IMG/VR virus record: IMGVR_UViG_3300029911_000026
Location: 768 to 64,767 of that record
Length of the DNA: 64,000 nt
Direction: 5' to 3' (one strand)
Source: a virus
Lineage: Duplodnaviria; Caudoviricetes
In this document: positions 1-9,984 of the stretch, one piece after another
Layout: each line of letters opens with the position of its first letter
Numbering within the stretch: the stretch's first letter is position 1
Notes under the pieces: model-generated
Told to the model about the DNA's origin: nothing
What the model saw: only the letters and a program-made list of their open reading frames with translations
The model's database searches: none
Program-made: the position numbers and the translations under genes

Positions 1-379
1 CCATCGTGAGGCGAGCGGTATTCAGCGTCTTGGCCACATCGGCCAGCGTACCGCATGGCCCGGGAACGCATGGATGGTTGACGATGGCGAAGGCTGCCTT
101 TGCGGGTCCAGCGATGGAGCCCAGGTTCGCCGCGGCGGAGCCAACCTGCTTCACTGAGCCTTTCACTGTGGGCATGAGGCCGTCGACGTCGGACTTGATG
201 CCATCGACGTCGGCCTTCGATGCGTCGATGAGCTGGATGCTGTGGGCCGTGAGCTGGTCGGAGTTCTCGCGCTCCTGCAAGATGAGGAACACGATGCTGA
301 ATCCAATCACCATGAGCATGACCGAGGCCGTGAAGCATAGGACCGCTTTGCTGAACTCTTTCACGTCCTCAATTTTCAT
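1..379 (-). CDS. Partial lysis-cassette membrane protein, possible i-spanin (runs off window start)
   Basis: Own translation MKIEDVKEFSKAVLCFTASVMLMVIGFSIVFLILQ...: N-terminal TM helix then helical region; downstream of endolysin and holin-like genes. Confidence 0.5.
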   Translation of the reverse strand, partial: MKIEDVKEFSKAVLCFTASVMLMVIGFSIVFLILQERENSDQLTAHSIQLIDASKADVDGIKSDVDGLMPTVKGSVKQVGSAAANLGSIAGPAKAAFAIVNHPCVPGPCGTLADVAKTLNTARLTM

Positions 380-385
380 AGAGCC

Positions 386-637
386 TCAAGCTGTCGTGGT
401 GGGATTGTCCATCGTGATGTCGCCGGACCCGGTTGTAGCCGAGCGCATCCGGCTCGCGATCTGGTTGGTGAGCATGTTGATGCCGGCCCCAATGATGCCG
501 GAGGATGCGGTCGTGAGCTCGGCCCAATGGAAGCGGCAGCCAACGCCAACCGAGGCGGCGCCGAAGATCACCATGAACACGCCGATGTATTGTGACCGGG
601 TCGCCTGTTTCGTATCGGTCGTATCCGGAACTGTCAT
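386..637 (-). CDS. Small two-TM protein, holin candidate
   Basis: 83 aa, two hydrophobic segments, in lysis cassette. Confidence 0.5.
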   Translation of the reverse strand: MTVPDTTDTKQATRSQYIGVFMVIFGAASVGVGCRFHWAELTTASSGIIGAGINMLTNQIASRMRSATTGSGDITMDNPTTTA

Positions 638-975
638 GATTCCTTCCCTCTGATAACCTTCGCACTGGCGATCAGGCCCATCAGTTGGAGCACGCCTAAT
701 ACGCCGAGCGCGCCGGAGCCGATACCTTGAATTGTGCTTACTCGCTCATCCAATGCGTCGATGCGTGCGGCATTGTTCTCGATGGCCCTGTCGCGACGGT
801 CGGCAGCCTCGCTGCTATAACCCTGACCTTGACCTTGCAGAAATCCAGGCTGTGCGTTCGTCTGAGCGAATACGAATTGCCCACTACCCCCGCAGGAGTG
901 CAGGATGAGCGCTCCGCTAAAGGCGGAGAATGCGTACAGTATCCGCAGCCCTCTCAACACTCGATCCATCCTCAT
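634..975 (-). CDS. Lysis-associated membrane protein (N-terminal TM, coiled coil, C-terminal TM)
   Basis: Hydrophobic termini; adjacent to endolysin. Confidence 0.45.
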   Translation of the reverse strand: MRMDRVLRGLRILYAFSAFSGALILHSCGGSGQFVFAQTNAQPGFLQGQGQGYSSEAADRRDRAIENNAARIDALDERVSTIQGIGSGALGVLGVLQLMGLIASAKVIRGKES

Positions 976-1074
976 CTTCGACTCACCCCACGGCTATGAT
1001 GCCGATTTCCTACTAAGGCCATTTCTGGCTACGGGACAGGGGTCCGACCACTTCATTTTATGGGAGCACGCAAG

Positions 1075-1554
1075 CTAGCTGAATTGGTATTGCGCCCATA
1101 CATTCGAGAGGCCGCCTGCAGCGAAGGCCTTGCGGTCGGCGGGAGTTGGCGAAACCGGAACGCCGGCGAGCTGGAAGTGCGGTTTATCCGTGATGCTCTT
1201 CCAGTCGCCACCCCAGACGAGCCCTTGCGCTTTGAGCGCGGCGACCATCGCGAGAAACTCTGGGTCAGATCCGTTCCAGTCCAGGGCGCCGGCATCGCCC
1301 GCGGTGAAGGGATAGCAGTCCACTGCCATGCCGAAGTTGTGATTCGAGTAGCCGCCGGGCGCATTGGTGACGATCGAGCCGGGTTCGCTGCGTCCCTGCT
1401 CATAGAGCGCTTCCTGCTCGGCATATGTGCGGAGCCCTTGAGCCACGCGGAAGCCGTTACCGGTCGAAGCAATCAGAGCATCGTTCGCCGCGCGAACCTT
1501 GGCCGCCAAGACGGGGTGAACCTGCGCTAGCTTCTCTTCACTTGGTGCGTCCAT
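1075..1554 (-). CDS. Endolysin, M15 family L-Ala-D-Glu peptidase
   Basis: Motifs GLRTYAEQEALYEQGR, VTNA.GG.SNHNFGMAVD, WGGDW, DKPHFQL. Confidence 0.92.
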   Translation of the reverse strand: MDAPSEEKLAQVHPVLAAKVRAANDALIASTGNGFRVAQGLRTYAEQEALYEQGRSEPGSIVTNAPGGYSNHNFGMAVDCYPFTAGDAGALDWNGSDPEFLAMVAALKAQGLVWGGDWKSITDKPHFQLAGVPVSPTPADRKAFAAGGLSNVWAQYQFS

Positions 1555-1612
1555 GGTGCTCTCCTTAGTTTGCCGTCAACTGATTGAAGTAGTCATAGAG
1601 CGCCCTTACTCG

Positions 1613-1795
1613 CTACCGGTTGGATGCCGTGTAGTAGGGATACGCCAGAGCTTTGTTGCACATCAGGTAGCTCTTCCCGTCTTCGGACACGCCGATGATG
1701 TCCTCGCGCAGGCCTTCGACAGGCTTCCATCTGCGTCCTTCGGCTGGTGCGCCGCTCCTGTGCCGTACTTCGTCGTCCATCGTTGCGCTTTGCAT
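1613..1795 (-). CDS. Small hypothetical protein flanked by 22-bp direct repeats
   Basis: GGAG RBS, ATG at 1795; frame stays open past TAG 1613 to TAA 1565. Confidence 0.5.
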   Translation of the reverse strand: MQSATMDDEVRHRSGAPAEGRRWKPVEGLREDIIGVSEDGKSYLMCNKALAYPYYTASNR

Positions 1796-1805
1796 GATGC
1801 TCTCC

Positions 1806-4800
1806 TTAGTTTGCAATGTAGCTCCCGCCACCCTGAATTGCGGCTCCGGTCAACTGCACATTATTAAGCGAGGCATTGATATTGTAGAGATTGAAGGTAG
1901 TCGCGCTATATCCCCCCACCACGGTTATGAAGGCGCTCACAGAGGTTCCGTTGTATGTCAGAAAACCTTTGATAGGAGAGGCCGGCCCGGAGCTTGTGGA
2001 AGTAGTCGGCAATCCACCAATTAAGGCGGTTGCACCTGAAGCGGTGGTCGGATAAACAATTTGGAACGTGAAGGTGACCAACTTCCCGCATTTGACGTAG
2101 GCCCCAACCGCCGTGGAGAACGTTAGCGACGCGCCGGAAGAATCAATCGGCGTCCACGCAGCCTGTACATCGCAACCGCCATTGGCCGAGGGAAGTACGC
2201 CCGTCACCTGCGAAGTTAGGCTGACATTACCGACGCTCCACGTTCCAGAAGCAACTTGAGCCACGCCCGTAGAGGCCGATGTATTCAGGCCCGTGCCGCC
2301 ATATGTCGCGCCCACGGTGCCGGAGTTGATTTCGCTGCCAGCGATGCTCTTGCCTGTGATGGTCTGCGTCGCCGTAGTATCCACCAACGTAGAGGATGCC
2401 GTATTGGGGAAGGTGTAGGTATTGGCGGCAGGGAACGCCAGCGTTGGATTGAACGCGCCCGTGGTCGTCAGGTTCCCCGCGAGGGACAGTGTTCCCGTTC
2501 CGAAGGTCAAACTCGAACCGCTGCCATTTGTCGCCAGCAAGGTGCTGGTCGCGCTGGGCAGCGTGTAGGTGTAGGCTCCCGGCACAGTGAATTGCCATGA
2601 GAAAGCGCCGCTCGTGGTGAATGTGGAATTGTTCGCCAGCGTCAACGTCGCAGCCGTCGCGGGTGCGGTGATAGCCACCTTGTTGATGCTGGTCGCCGAA
2701 GCCGCTCCGAGTGTCGGCGTGACGAAGGTCATGCTCGTCCACGTTCCGGTCGGCGTGTAGGAACCGCCAAGCTCCAAGATTGTGTCCGCCGCATCACGCA
2801 CCGTCTTTATGCGGTTCGTGCTGGTCAAGCCCGTGAAGGAGAGTAAGCCTGTCTGCCCGGAGATGGAGAGCGAAGCCGCGCTTCCAGTGGTGTTCTGATT
2901 TAGCGTCGGGAAGCTGGTCATGTTCGCCGCACTTAGGGCTGGAGAATTGGTCAACGTCGGCGCGAGAGCCGCTGCACCCGTACCGTGACTCGTGTATACC
3001 TGGTCGGTCGCGGCTGTATTGCCAGCAAGGAAGGCCGTCGCTCCCGCCGCCGTCTGGTATGGCACCGATCCCACCGCGCCGCCCGCAAGGTTGGTTGCCG
3101 TGGTCGCTGAAGCTGGGACGCAGGCGTGTGCATTATCCGCCGTGCAGATGTAGCTCCCGTTGAGCTTCCCGAACGCCAGATTGCCAGCCGCGCCAGTCGC
3201 GCCAATCTCGTAGACCAACGTTCCGTCAGCCAGCTTCGCCCAGAACAGGTCGCCATAAACCCCATCGCTCACGCCCTGCTGTACGCCAATGCCCTTGTAG
3301 CTGGAGTTCAGTGGCGTCGCTGTACCCTCCCCGAAGGCATCCTCACAGAACCACAGATTCGGCGTTCCGAATCCCGCTACCCATTGACCAATGCAAGCTC
3401 CATATCCGGGCGCTCCGTCGAGTTGCAGCGTCGCGCGCCCGTTGATGCTCGTTCCCCCAAACGAGGCATTGTTCCACTGAATCATCGGAACCTTCGTCCC
3501 CGTCGTGTCGTACACGTTCAAGTCCTGCTCTGCGCTGTAGCCGCCAGAGGGAAACAGCGTTAGCGCAGGGATGTACACAATGCCATCGCTCCCGAACTTC
3601 ACTACTTCAGCCTCGGTGATGCTTCCGTTCGGCGTGGTTGCAATATCGCAGTAGGTTCCTCCCGCGCTGTCCGTCATGTTCTGGTTGGCATAGCATCGGA
3701 AAGCGCCCAGCGGATTCGCAACCCATCCTGTCGCGCCATAGCCTCTCGCGTTGAACCCGCCCAGCTCATCTCCGCTCTGCGTCGCTGTCGGTGAGGCTCC
3801 CGTCCCTCGCGCCGTGCCTACAGTGAAGTAGCTGGACACCGAAGACCCGAATGATTCGTTGAATACTCTTGTCGGGCTTCCATTTGCATTGACGAACTGG
3901 GCAACCGTATTCGTCGGCGGCGTTGGTAGCGTTCCATAAGCCCCAGCACCACCAATCAGCTTGGTTATATTGGCCGTATCCAGCACAAACGCCCCGCTAT
4001 GGTAGTAGCTCACGTACCCACTCGAAAAGGCAGGCTCGGCCACCGTTGCCACCGTGTCGTCTATAGGCGTACCACCCGCCGTTACGCCGCTATTTCTGAC
4101 TACAAATCCAGTTCCTGAATTCTTGAAGAAAATATCCGAAGACCCAAGTCCCGCTGTCGAGCCATTGAGTAGAGTGAGACCGTCAAACGAAGAGTTTGAA
4201 CTGCCACTGTCCACTAGAATCATCGGTGTTGTATCTGGAGTAGACGAAGCTGCGCTAAAGTCTTTCTCAAAGTAGTCGTTGCTTGCGTTGACACCGTAAA
4301 CCCCGCTGGCAATATGGATGAGCGGAACGTTGCAGCCATAAGTATTGAACGTAGAGTTTGTTATGGATATTGGGCCGTTATTGTCGCTCTGAATGTCGAG
4401 CGCGATGCCTTGTCCATTGCAGGCGGCGGGGGGATAGGTCGTTGCGCTGCGCTGTGCATTTTGGATTCTATCCATCACGAATCCGCAGCAGACATTGTTT
4501 ACTACAAAACCTTTGCCATTGAGGTTGTTACCTACCAAGTTGTAGAACTTTGATTGGTCTAACAAGTTTTGGGCATGGAACAGCCCATTAGCTGTCGTTC
4601 CGCCGGAAAAGTTGTAAACTTGTAGACCGCCAACAGATACATAGCTTCCTCCTCCCGCCGGAGAAGGGTCTGTCGTCACCGCCGCGTCGGATAGATTCGC
4701 GGAACTTCCAAGAACAATGTTGCAATCAACTCCGCCGCCCCCTGCCGAATTGCTCAGGTTTGTGATCGCGCTCCGATTGTTCACCTGAAACACAGATGTT

Positions 4801-5939
4801 CCAGTGAAGTTCGCTTGGATAGAACAAGCTTCAGGCAGCAGCGTCAGCACAAAGTAGCTTTCAGGCGAGGTGTTTGTGTACATCGTCTCACTCACCGTCA
4901 CCGAGCCATTGATGCCAAAGTCAAACAGTTTGCGAGTGTCCGCGATGCCGCCTTTAGCCGCTACAACTGCTGCCACGCAAGCATTGTATTTGTAGGAAGC
5001 ATCTGCGCCGGAAAACTGAGAACAGTCGAAACTCTTCAGTAGCGTGCATCCCGAACCCGTCGCTCCGTAAGAGCAAACGGGATTGCCGTTCAGAAGTAGC
5101 TGCCCTGTGCCGCTTGTTGTCACGCTGAAGTTCGTATTGATCGGCTGCGTAACAGTCTGCGAGCCTGTAGGTGCAAGCAGGACGGCTCCATCTGCCGCCA
5201 CCGCTGCTGCCACAAACGCATCATTTGCCACCTTTGTTGTTGTGTCTCCGGGGGACTGCGTTGTGGCTGTCGTGCCGTTGGGTAGGGCGTTCGTACCTGC
5301 GAGAGCTGTCCCGTTGCTGGGATAGTAGGCAAGTTGATTGGCGTTCCCAAAAGCCGCCCCATTCGCAACCCAGGTGCAGTCCTCGCGGAGATACCGCGTC
5401 GTGCCGGCCGAGCTTCCCGGATCTGGAACGATGCCCGCCGAGTGAGCGCCTCCGGAAGCTCCGCAGGGCGTGAGATTAGCCGCCGGGACCTGGCTCGCGC
5501 TATTGAGGGGAGCAACCCCATTGGCCGCTGCGACTGCCGATTGGAGCACAACCGCGGTGCAGAGGTAGGATGTTCCGTTGGATACCGGCGCGCAGCCGGA
5601 TGCTCCTGGAGCCGGCAGCCCACCCACGCCCAAGTTGACCCATGTCGAATCCGTCCCGGGCGTGTGATTGATATTGTTCACCGCCGCGATGTAGGTCACC
5701 CCGCCATAGGTCACAAACTGGCCGAGCAGATAGTTCGTCGTCGAATTCCATGCGCCCTGGTAGGTGTTCTGGAGCGCGCCGATGGAACTGTCGATCGTGA
5801 GCATCCCCGTGTAGTACGACTGCGCCCAATTCACGCTCCCAACCGGAGGCAGGGGGATGTGCAGGTTCGGCGTGTAGGTCGTCTGCGCCGAGGCGACGCC
5901 AGCGGCAAGCAAGAGGATGGCAGCGAGGCGTCGAATCAT
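1806..5939 (-). CDS. Long tail fibre/tailspike-like protein (carbohydrate-binding motif, beta-helix-like region) with signal-peptide-like N-terminus
   Basis: About 1377 aa, G/T/S/A-rich; GAWNSTTNY..GQFVTYGG motif; GGAG RBS before MIRRLAAILLLAAGVASAQ; follows baseplate genes. Confidence 0.75.
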   Translation of the reverse strand: MIRRLAAILLLAAGVASAQTTYTPNLHIPLPPVGSVNWAQSYYTGMLTIDSSIGALQNTYQGAWNSTTNYLLGQFVTYGGVTYIAAVNNINHTPGTDSTWVNLGVGGLPAPGASGCAPVSNGTSYLCTAVVLQSAVAAANGVAPLNSASQVPAANLTPCGASGGAHSAGIVPDPGSSAGTTRYLREDCTWVANGAAFGNANQLAYYPSNGTALAGTNALPNGTTATTQSPGDTTTKVANDAFVAAAVAADGAVLLAPTGSQTVTQPINTNFSVTTSGTGQLLLNGNPVCSYGATGSGCTLLKSFDCSQFSGADASYKYNACVAAVVAAKGGIADTRKLFDFGINGSVTVSETMYTNTSPESYFVLTLLPEACSIQANFTGTSVFQVNNRSAITNLSNSAGGGGVDCNIVLGSSANLSDAAVTTDPSPAGGGSYVSVGGLQVYNFSGGTTANGLFHAQNLLDQSKFYNLVGNNLNGKGFVVNNVCCGFVMDRIQNAQRSATTYPPAACNGQGIALDIQSDNNGPISITNSTFNTYGCNVPLIHIASGVYGVNASNDYFEKDFSAASSTPDTTPMILVDSGSSNSSFDGLTLLNGSTAGLGSSDIFFKNSGTGFVVRNSGVTAGGTPIDDTVATVAEPAFSSGYVSYYHSGAFVLDTANITKLIGGAGAYGTLPTPPTNTVAQFVNANGSPTRVFNESFGSSVSSYFTVGTARGTGASPTATQSGDELGGFNARGYGATGWVANPLGAFRCYANQNMTDSAGGTYCDIATTPNGSITEAEVVKFGSDGIVYIPALTLFPSGGYSAEQDLNVYDTTGTKVPMIQWNNASFGGTSINGRATLQLDGAPGYGACIGQWVAGFGTPNLWFCEDAFGEGTATPLNSSYKGIGVQQGVSDGVYGDLFWAKLADGTLVYEIGATGAAGNLAFGKLNGSYICTADNAHACVPASATTATNLAGGAVGSVPYQTAAGATAFLAGNTAATDQVYTSHGTGAAALAPTLTNSPALSAANMTSFPTLNQNTTGSAASLSISGQTGLLSFTGLTSTNRIKTVRDAADTILELGGSYTPTGTWTSMTFVTPTLGAASATSINKVAITAPATAATLTLANNSTFTTSGAFSWQFTVPGAYTYTLPSATSTLLATNGSGSSLTFGTGTLSLAGNLTTTGAFNPTLAFPAANTYTFPNTASSTLVDTTATQTITGKSIAGSEINSGTVGATYGGTGLNTSASTGVAQVASGTWSVGNVSLTSQVTGVLPSANGGCDVQAAWTPIDSSGASLTFSTAVGAYVKCGKLVTFTFQIVYPTTASGATALIGGLPTTSTSSGPASPIKGFLTYNGTSVSAFITVVGGYSATTFNLYNINASLNNVQLTGAAIQGGGSYIAN

Positions 5940-5947
5940 CGTTACTC

Positions 5948-6469
5948 CTATTGGTCGACGCGGAGATTGTAGATGGCCGCGTTCCACCCTTGGGGGGTGT
6001 CCCAGTTGTTACAGAAATCCACCTGAACCGTGGATCCGCTGACCGAATAAACGTAGGGGTCGATCATGCCGTTGCCGGAAATGGTATATCCCTGTGCGAC
6101 GCTGATGCCCACGACCGCCCCAGCCGGAACCGAAGCCGACATCGTGACGGAATAGGTGACACAGCTCGAACCGGCGATGGGGGACTGAGCGGCAACGGTC
6201 AGTGTGCCGGTGATGGGAGTCACGTCGGCATAGACCGAGCCGTTTCCGATGAGAGTGTGGTCGCTCGGCGCGGCAGAATTGACGGTGAGGGCCGTCGTAT
6301 TCACCGCAGCGGGTGTGGTTTGCCCGATGGGCGTGCTGTCGATGAGCGACAGGAAGATATGGCGGTAGGTCTCCTTGACGTAATTGCTCTGTGCGCCAGC
6401 CAGCGCGCAGAACAGGAAGCCCAGAATTAGGGCGATCTGGCCGCGGCGAGAGTTCGAGGGACGGTTCAT
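5948..6469 (-). CDS. Fibre-associated beta-rich protein with signal-peptide-like N-terminus
   Basis: RRGQIALILGFLFCALAGAQ; IDSTPIGQTTPAA fibre-type motif. Confidence 0.55.
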   Translation of the reverse strand: MNRPSNSRRGQIALILGFLFCALAGAQSNYVKETYRHIFLSLIDSTPIGQTTPAAVNTTALTVNSAAPSDHTLIGNGSVYADVTPITGTLTVAAQSPIAGSSCVTYSVTMSASVPAGAVVGISVAQGYTISGNGMIDPYVYSVSGSTVQVDFCNNWDTPQGWNAAIYNLRVDQ

Positions 6470-6499
6470 GATCATTCTCCGATTCCGGAATCCGGAAAG

Positions 6500-7087
6500 T
6501 TATCCGACGTTGGGCCCGCCGGCGATGTGCGGTGCGCCCGTCGAGTCGACGTAAATCAGGTAAGTGGTGGTCTGGTTCGCGGCTGGGTCCGGCGTGGGCA
6601 TCAGGCAGTTGGCGGGAGGGGTGAAGACTCGCCCGCCGGTTCCATCTTGCTTGAGCATGATCACCACGAAAGCGCCTTCGGCCAGGCTGAGGTTGGTGAA
6701 GCTCGCACTCGCGTTGTTCCCGGTGAGGGTCAGCTCGAAGCGGCGACCGAGAGAGAAGTCGAACACCAAGGCCGAGGCGTAGGTGACGGCGGTAACTGCT
6801 TCTGGAGCCTTGAGCGCCAGCGCTTGGATGCCCGTAGTCAGCAGCGCAATGAGTGTGGCGAGGTTCCCATCGTCAAAGACGTTGGCTCCGCCCAGCGCGA
6901 CGGAAACCACGTTCGCCAGCGCCGCGGCCATGATGGTTGCTTGACGCCAGGGCTTGTTCGCCTGTTGCGGGTAGGCCTCCCCTGTGGTGAAGCCGCCAGT
7001 CTGGTAGGCGGATCCGGCGTAGTCAGCCTGGTCGACGACGTTCGCACCACCGGCCGTTGCGAAGGGCAAAAATTCAATCGTCGCCAT
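6500..7087 (-). CDS. Tail fibre attachment/proximal fibre protein
   Basis: FLPFATAGGANVVDQADY...NKPWRQAT N-terminus typical of Bcep781-like fibres. Confidence 0.75.
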   Translation of the reverse strand: MATIEFLPFATAGGANVVDQADYAGSAYQTGGFTTGEAYPQQANKPWRQATIMAAALANVVSVALGGANVFDDGNLATLIALLTTGIQALALKAPEAVTAVTYASALVFDFSLGRRFELTLTGNNASASFTNLSLAEGAFVVIMLKQDGTGGRVFTPPANCLMPTPDPAANQTTTYLIYVDSTGAPHIAGGPNVG

Positions 7088-7096
7088 TCAAATCTC

Positions 7097-7759
7097 CTAG
7101 GCAGGTTCAAGCCAGCAACCGGTGCCCCATCCTGCGATCAGAGAGTTCTGCACTCCCCATCCGAAAATCGGCTGTCCTGGTACGGACGGCGTGAAGTATC
7201 CGGCAATCCTAACACCGGCGGGTTTCAGGGTGAGCTGTCCGTTGACCAGCAGACCGCGCATCACGGCGGAGAGTGGTGGGCCGATGATGATGTAGCTCAT
7301 CGACATATCCTGCCCGTCGCGAATGAGGATAGTGTACCCCGCTGGCCCAAACACAATCGAGAGGACCGCGTAGGCTCCGGGGATGCTTCCGTCCCAATGG
7401 TTCTTGGCGATCACCGCGCGGATGAGCGTGCGGAACAGTTCATCGGGGAGCAGGTAGAGTGTCGTGCCGCTGTCGTATGGCCCGAGCCAGATGCCTTGGC
7501 CCCATCCTTGGCCGGGCACGCCCCATGAGAAAAAAACGTTCGTGAGCGGAACCTGCAGTGCTCGGCTGGCGCCAACCCAGAGGGCGACCATGTCCTCTTG
7601 CTCACCAACCGCGAGATCCGGGTCGAAGAGGCTGGGCAGAGCGGCGTTCTGCGCTTGGATGTCGAGGAATGGCTGGGTGAGCGCGCCGACCCAGGCGAGC
7701 ATCTTCGGCTTGCGGTGCTCCGACGTGATGAGCGATTGGTACTTCGTGAGGTCGGCCAT
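7097..7759 (-). CDS. Baseplate protein DUF2612
   Basis: YQSLITSEH.KPK, FDPDLAVGEQ, NHWDGSI, DGQDMSM motifs. Confidence 0.85.
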   Translation of the reverse strand: MADLTKYQSLITSEHRKPKMLAWVGALTQPFLDIQAQNAALPSLFDPDLAVGEQEDMVALWVGASRALQVPLTNVFFSWGVPGQGWGQGIWLGPYDSGTTLYLLPDELFRTLIRAVIAKNHWDGSIPGAYAVLSIVFGPAGYTILIRDGQDMSMSYIIIGPPLSAVMRGLLVNGQLTLKPAGVRIAGYFTPSVPGQPIFGWGVQNSLIAGWGTGCWLEPA

Positions 7760-8946
7760 CAGAGTACCGTAACTGCCACGTTGCCGGTGGCGCAAGAGGC
7801 GGCGGCATTGAACGCGATGGTGACGTCGCCGTTGGTCGATGGGTTAGCGGCCAGTCCGATGTAGCAGTGCGTGATGACGAATGTCTGCTGGAGCGGGGTG
7901 TCGGCGAGGCCGGCGGCGGCGGCGCACCAGAACTGATAGACGTTCTCTCCGATGGCCAGGGCATTGATGAAGGCGACCAGCGCGGCGACCAGCGCGGTCT
8001 CGGTGCTGGAGACGTATCCCGCGAGCGGCTGAATCGTGATGGCCGCATAGATCGGTGTCTCGGCCAGCTCGTAGAACCGGATGGTGATGGGCAGACCTTC
8101 TGGGTCGTCGACCACAACCGCGGTGCTCCCATAGGTTCCGCATCCGCCGTCCTTCTGTTGTTCGATGGCCTGGGCGATGGCGGTCGAGTCGCCTCCGGAG
8201 ACCACCACCGAGATGGTGTGGCCGGGAATACCGTTTCCGTCTGGCGTCCCTGTGTCGTTCTGATAGACCTTCGAGCGCTGCACGCCGAGGATATTGGCGA
8301 TGGCCCCTTGGATGGCTTCGAGCTGGGTCCGCGAGCTGATGGCGGTGGAGATGGTCTGCTTCTGGCGGAGATCTCCGTCCTCTTCGACTGGTGCGCCGAT
8401 GGTGGCGGCGGCGGGGTTGGTCGCGCTGTCCCATCCGAGCACGGTCGTATAGGGCACGTTGATCGTGTTCTCCAGAGCGATGATGGCTCCGGGGGTTTGG
8501 CAGGTCGCGGTGACATCGATCGTTCCGGATTCCGGAATCGTGACCAGCGATGGGAGCGCCCAGAGGTTGTTCTGCTGGTCCTGCACCAGGCAGTTCAAGA
8601 GGACCGTGTAGGCGGTTCCTACCAGCGTCAGGATGGCAGTGCTGTAGCTGAGGGGGTCGCGCTGGATTCCGTTGATCTTGACATTCGAGGAGAGCGCCGC
8701 TCCGACCGCTGTCGCAGGGCTGAAAGACAGGTAGCCGGCAATCCCGCTGGCGTTGGTGTCGAAGATGGCTTGCGACACCGCGGCGAGAAGCTGCTCATCC
8801 TGCGCGTCCGGGGTGATGTAAATGTCCTCCCCGAAGATATTTTGCGCGGTCGCATTGAGGCTCCCGATGATGTCTTCGAGCGACGGCGCCGACGCACCCG
8901 TGGGTGTGATCTGGTAGGCGAGCGTGGGGAGCGGGTAGCTGGGCAT
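7759..8946 (-). CDS. Baseplate J/gp47 family protein
   Basis: FSPATAVGAALSSNVKINGIQR, EEDGDLRQKQ, GIPGHTISVVVSGG. Confidence 0.9.
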   Translation of the reverse strand: MPSYPLPTLAYQITPTGASAPSLEDIIGSLNATAQNIFGEDIYITPDAQDEQLLAAVSQAIFDTNASGIAGYLSFSPATAVGAALSSNVKINGIQRDPLSYSTAILTLVGTAYTVLLNCLVQDQQNNLWALPSLVTIPESGTIDVTATCQTPGAIIALENTINVPYTTVLGWDSATNPAAATIGAPVEEDGDLRQKQTISTAISSRTQLEAIQGAIANILGVQRSKVYQNDTGTPDGNGIPGHTISVVVSGGDSTAIAQAIEQQKDGGCGTYGSTAVVVDDPEGLPITIRFYELAETPIYAAITIQPLAGYVSSTETALVAALVAFINALAIGENVYQFWCAAAAGLADTPLQQTFVITHCYIGLAANPSTNGDVTIAFNAAASCATGNVAVTVL

Positions 8947-9368
8947 TAGACGGGCACCGGGTCACCGAAGGGGCGAAGGCCGAACGGGGAGATTCCAAAC
9001 CCGAAGAGCGACGTCGGCATGGTCAGGTTGAACGTGACGGAGCCGTAGATTGACTGCGCTGTCCCGACCACGGTGAGCGCGCGCGTCTTCGGGTCCAGCG
9101 AGGACGAATAAGAATTGAGGCCAGAGACGCCTTCGACACCGAGAATGGCCGTTTGGATGACTTGGTCGTAAAGCCCCGCTGTGCCATTGCCGATTACCTC
9201 CGTCAACCAGGGAACGCCTTGCGAGAGGTCGAGAAACCACTCGCCCGCGAACAGGAGTAGCGTCGTCTGGATCGCCTGGCGCACGGCCTGAGCGGAGTTG
9301 ACGAGGAAGTTCTGCCCGTTCTGCCCGAATGTGTAATCTCCATCAGCGTCAAGAGCACGGTAGCGCAT
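8946..9368 (-). CDS. Baseplate wedge protein (gp25/gp46-like)
   Basis: MRYRALDADGDYTFG, GEWFLDLSQGVPW. Confidence 0.85.
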   Translation of the reverse strand: MRYRALDADGDYTFGQNGQNFLVNSAQAVRQAIQTTLLLFAGEWFLDLSQGVPWLTEVIGNGTAGLYDQVIQTAILGVEGVSGLNSYSSSLDPKTRALTVVGTAQSIYGSVTFNLTMPTSLFGFGISPFGLRPFGDPVPV

Positions 9369-9393
9369 GGCTTCATCTTAGCGTGCGCGGCAA

Positions 9394-9984
9394 TTATGGC
9401 GGAACGACCGTGCCGGTGATGATGCCGGTCACCAGCAGGTTGCCAGTGATCGTGACCTTGCCAGGGGGCGGCGCCACAATTGCAATTGCGCCCATCGGCC
9501 CGATCCCGATAGAGGTCGTCCCGTCGTCCGACCGAAGCTGGACCTGGGTCATGCTCACTTCTGGCACGAGTAGCGCGCGCGGCTTCGATCTGGGGCCGAC
9601 CATGACGAAGCCGTCGCTGAGGTCATGGTGCCGCAGTTCGACCGGATTCTGAATTCCGCTGCTCTGCCACCAGAGATCGATCGCGCGAGAGGAGAACACG
9701 CATAGCCCCTCATCGTCGGGCTGGATGGGAAAGGTTAGAGTGTAGCCGCCGCCGCCAGGAAAGACCACCGGCACAAAGATGAGCGGCGGATATTGCATCC
9801 AGATGAAGGTGCCATCTTGCTGCTGGACCCGCGCGCGGATGGTGGGCTGGCAGGTCGCGGTGAGGGTGAGCGGGTCGAAGGCTATGATCTTGACCGGCAT
9901 CGAGGTCTGGAGCGCGAGCAACTGCGCGAGAATCTGCGCTTTGATCGCGGTTTCGTGGTCCTCGTAGCGATAGAGCTGGCTCAC
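9394..9984 (-). CDS. Baseplate central spike (Gp138 family)
   Basis: VPVVFPGGGGYTLTFPI..DDEGL.VFS.RAIDLWW, RHHDLSDG. Confidence 0.88.
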   Translation of the reverse strand: MSQLYRYEDHETAIKAQILAQLLALQTSMPVKIIAFDPLTLTATCQPTIRARVQQQDGTFIWMQYPPLIFVPVVFPGGGGYTLTFPIQPDDEGLCVFSSRAIDLWWQSSGIQNPVELRHHDLSDGFVMVGPRSKPRALLVPEVSMTQVQLRSDDGTTSIGIGPMGAIAIVAPPPGKVTITGNLLVTGIITGTVVPP

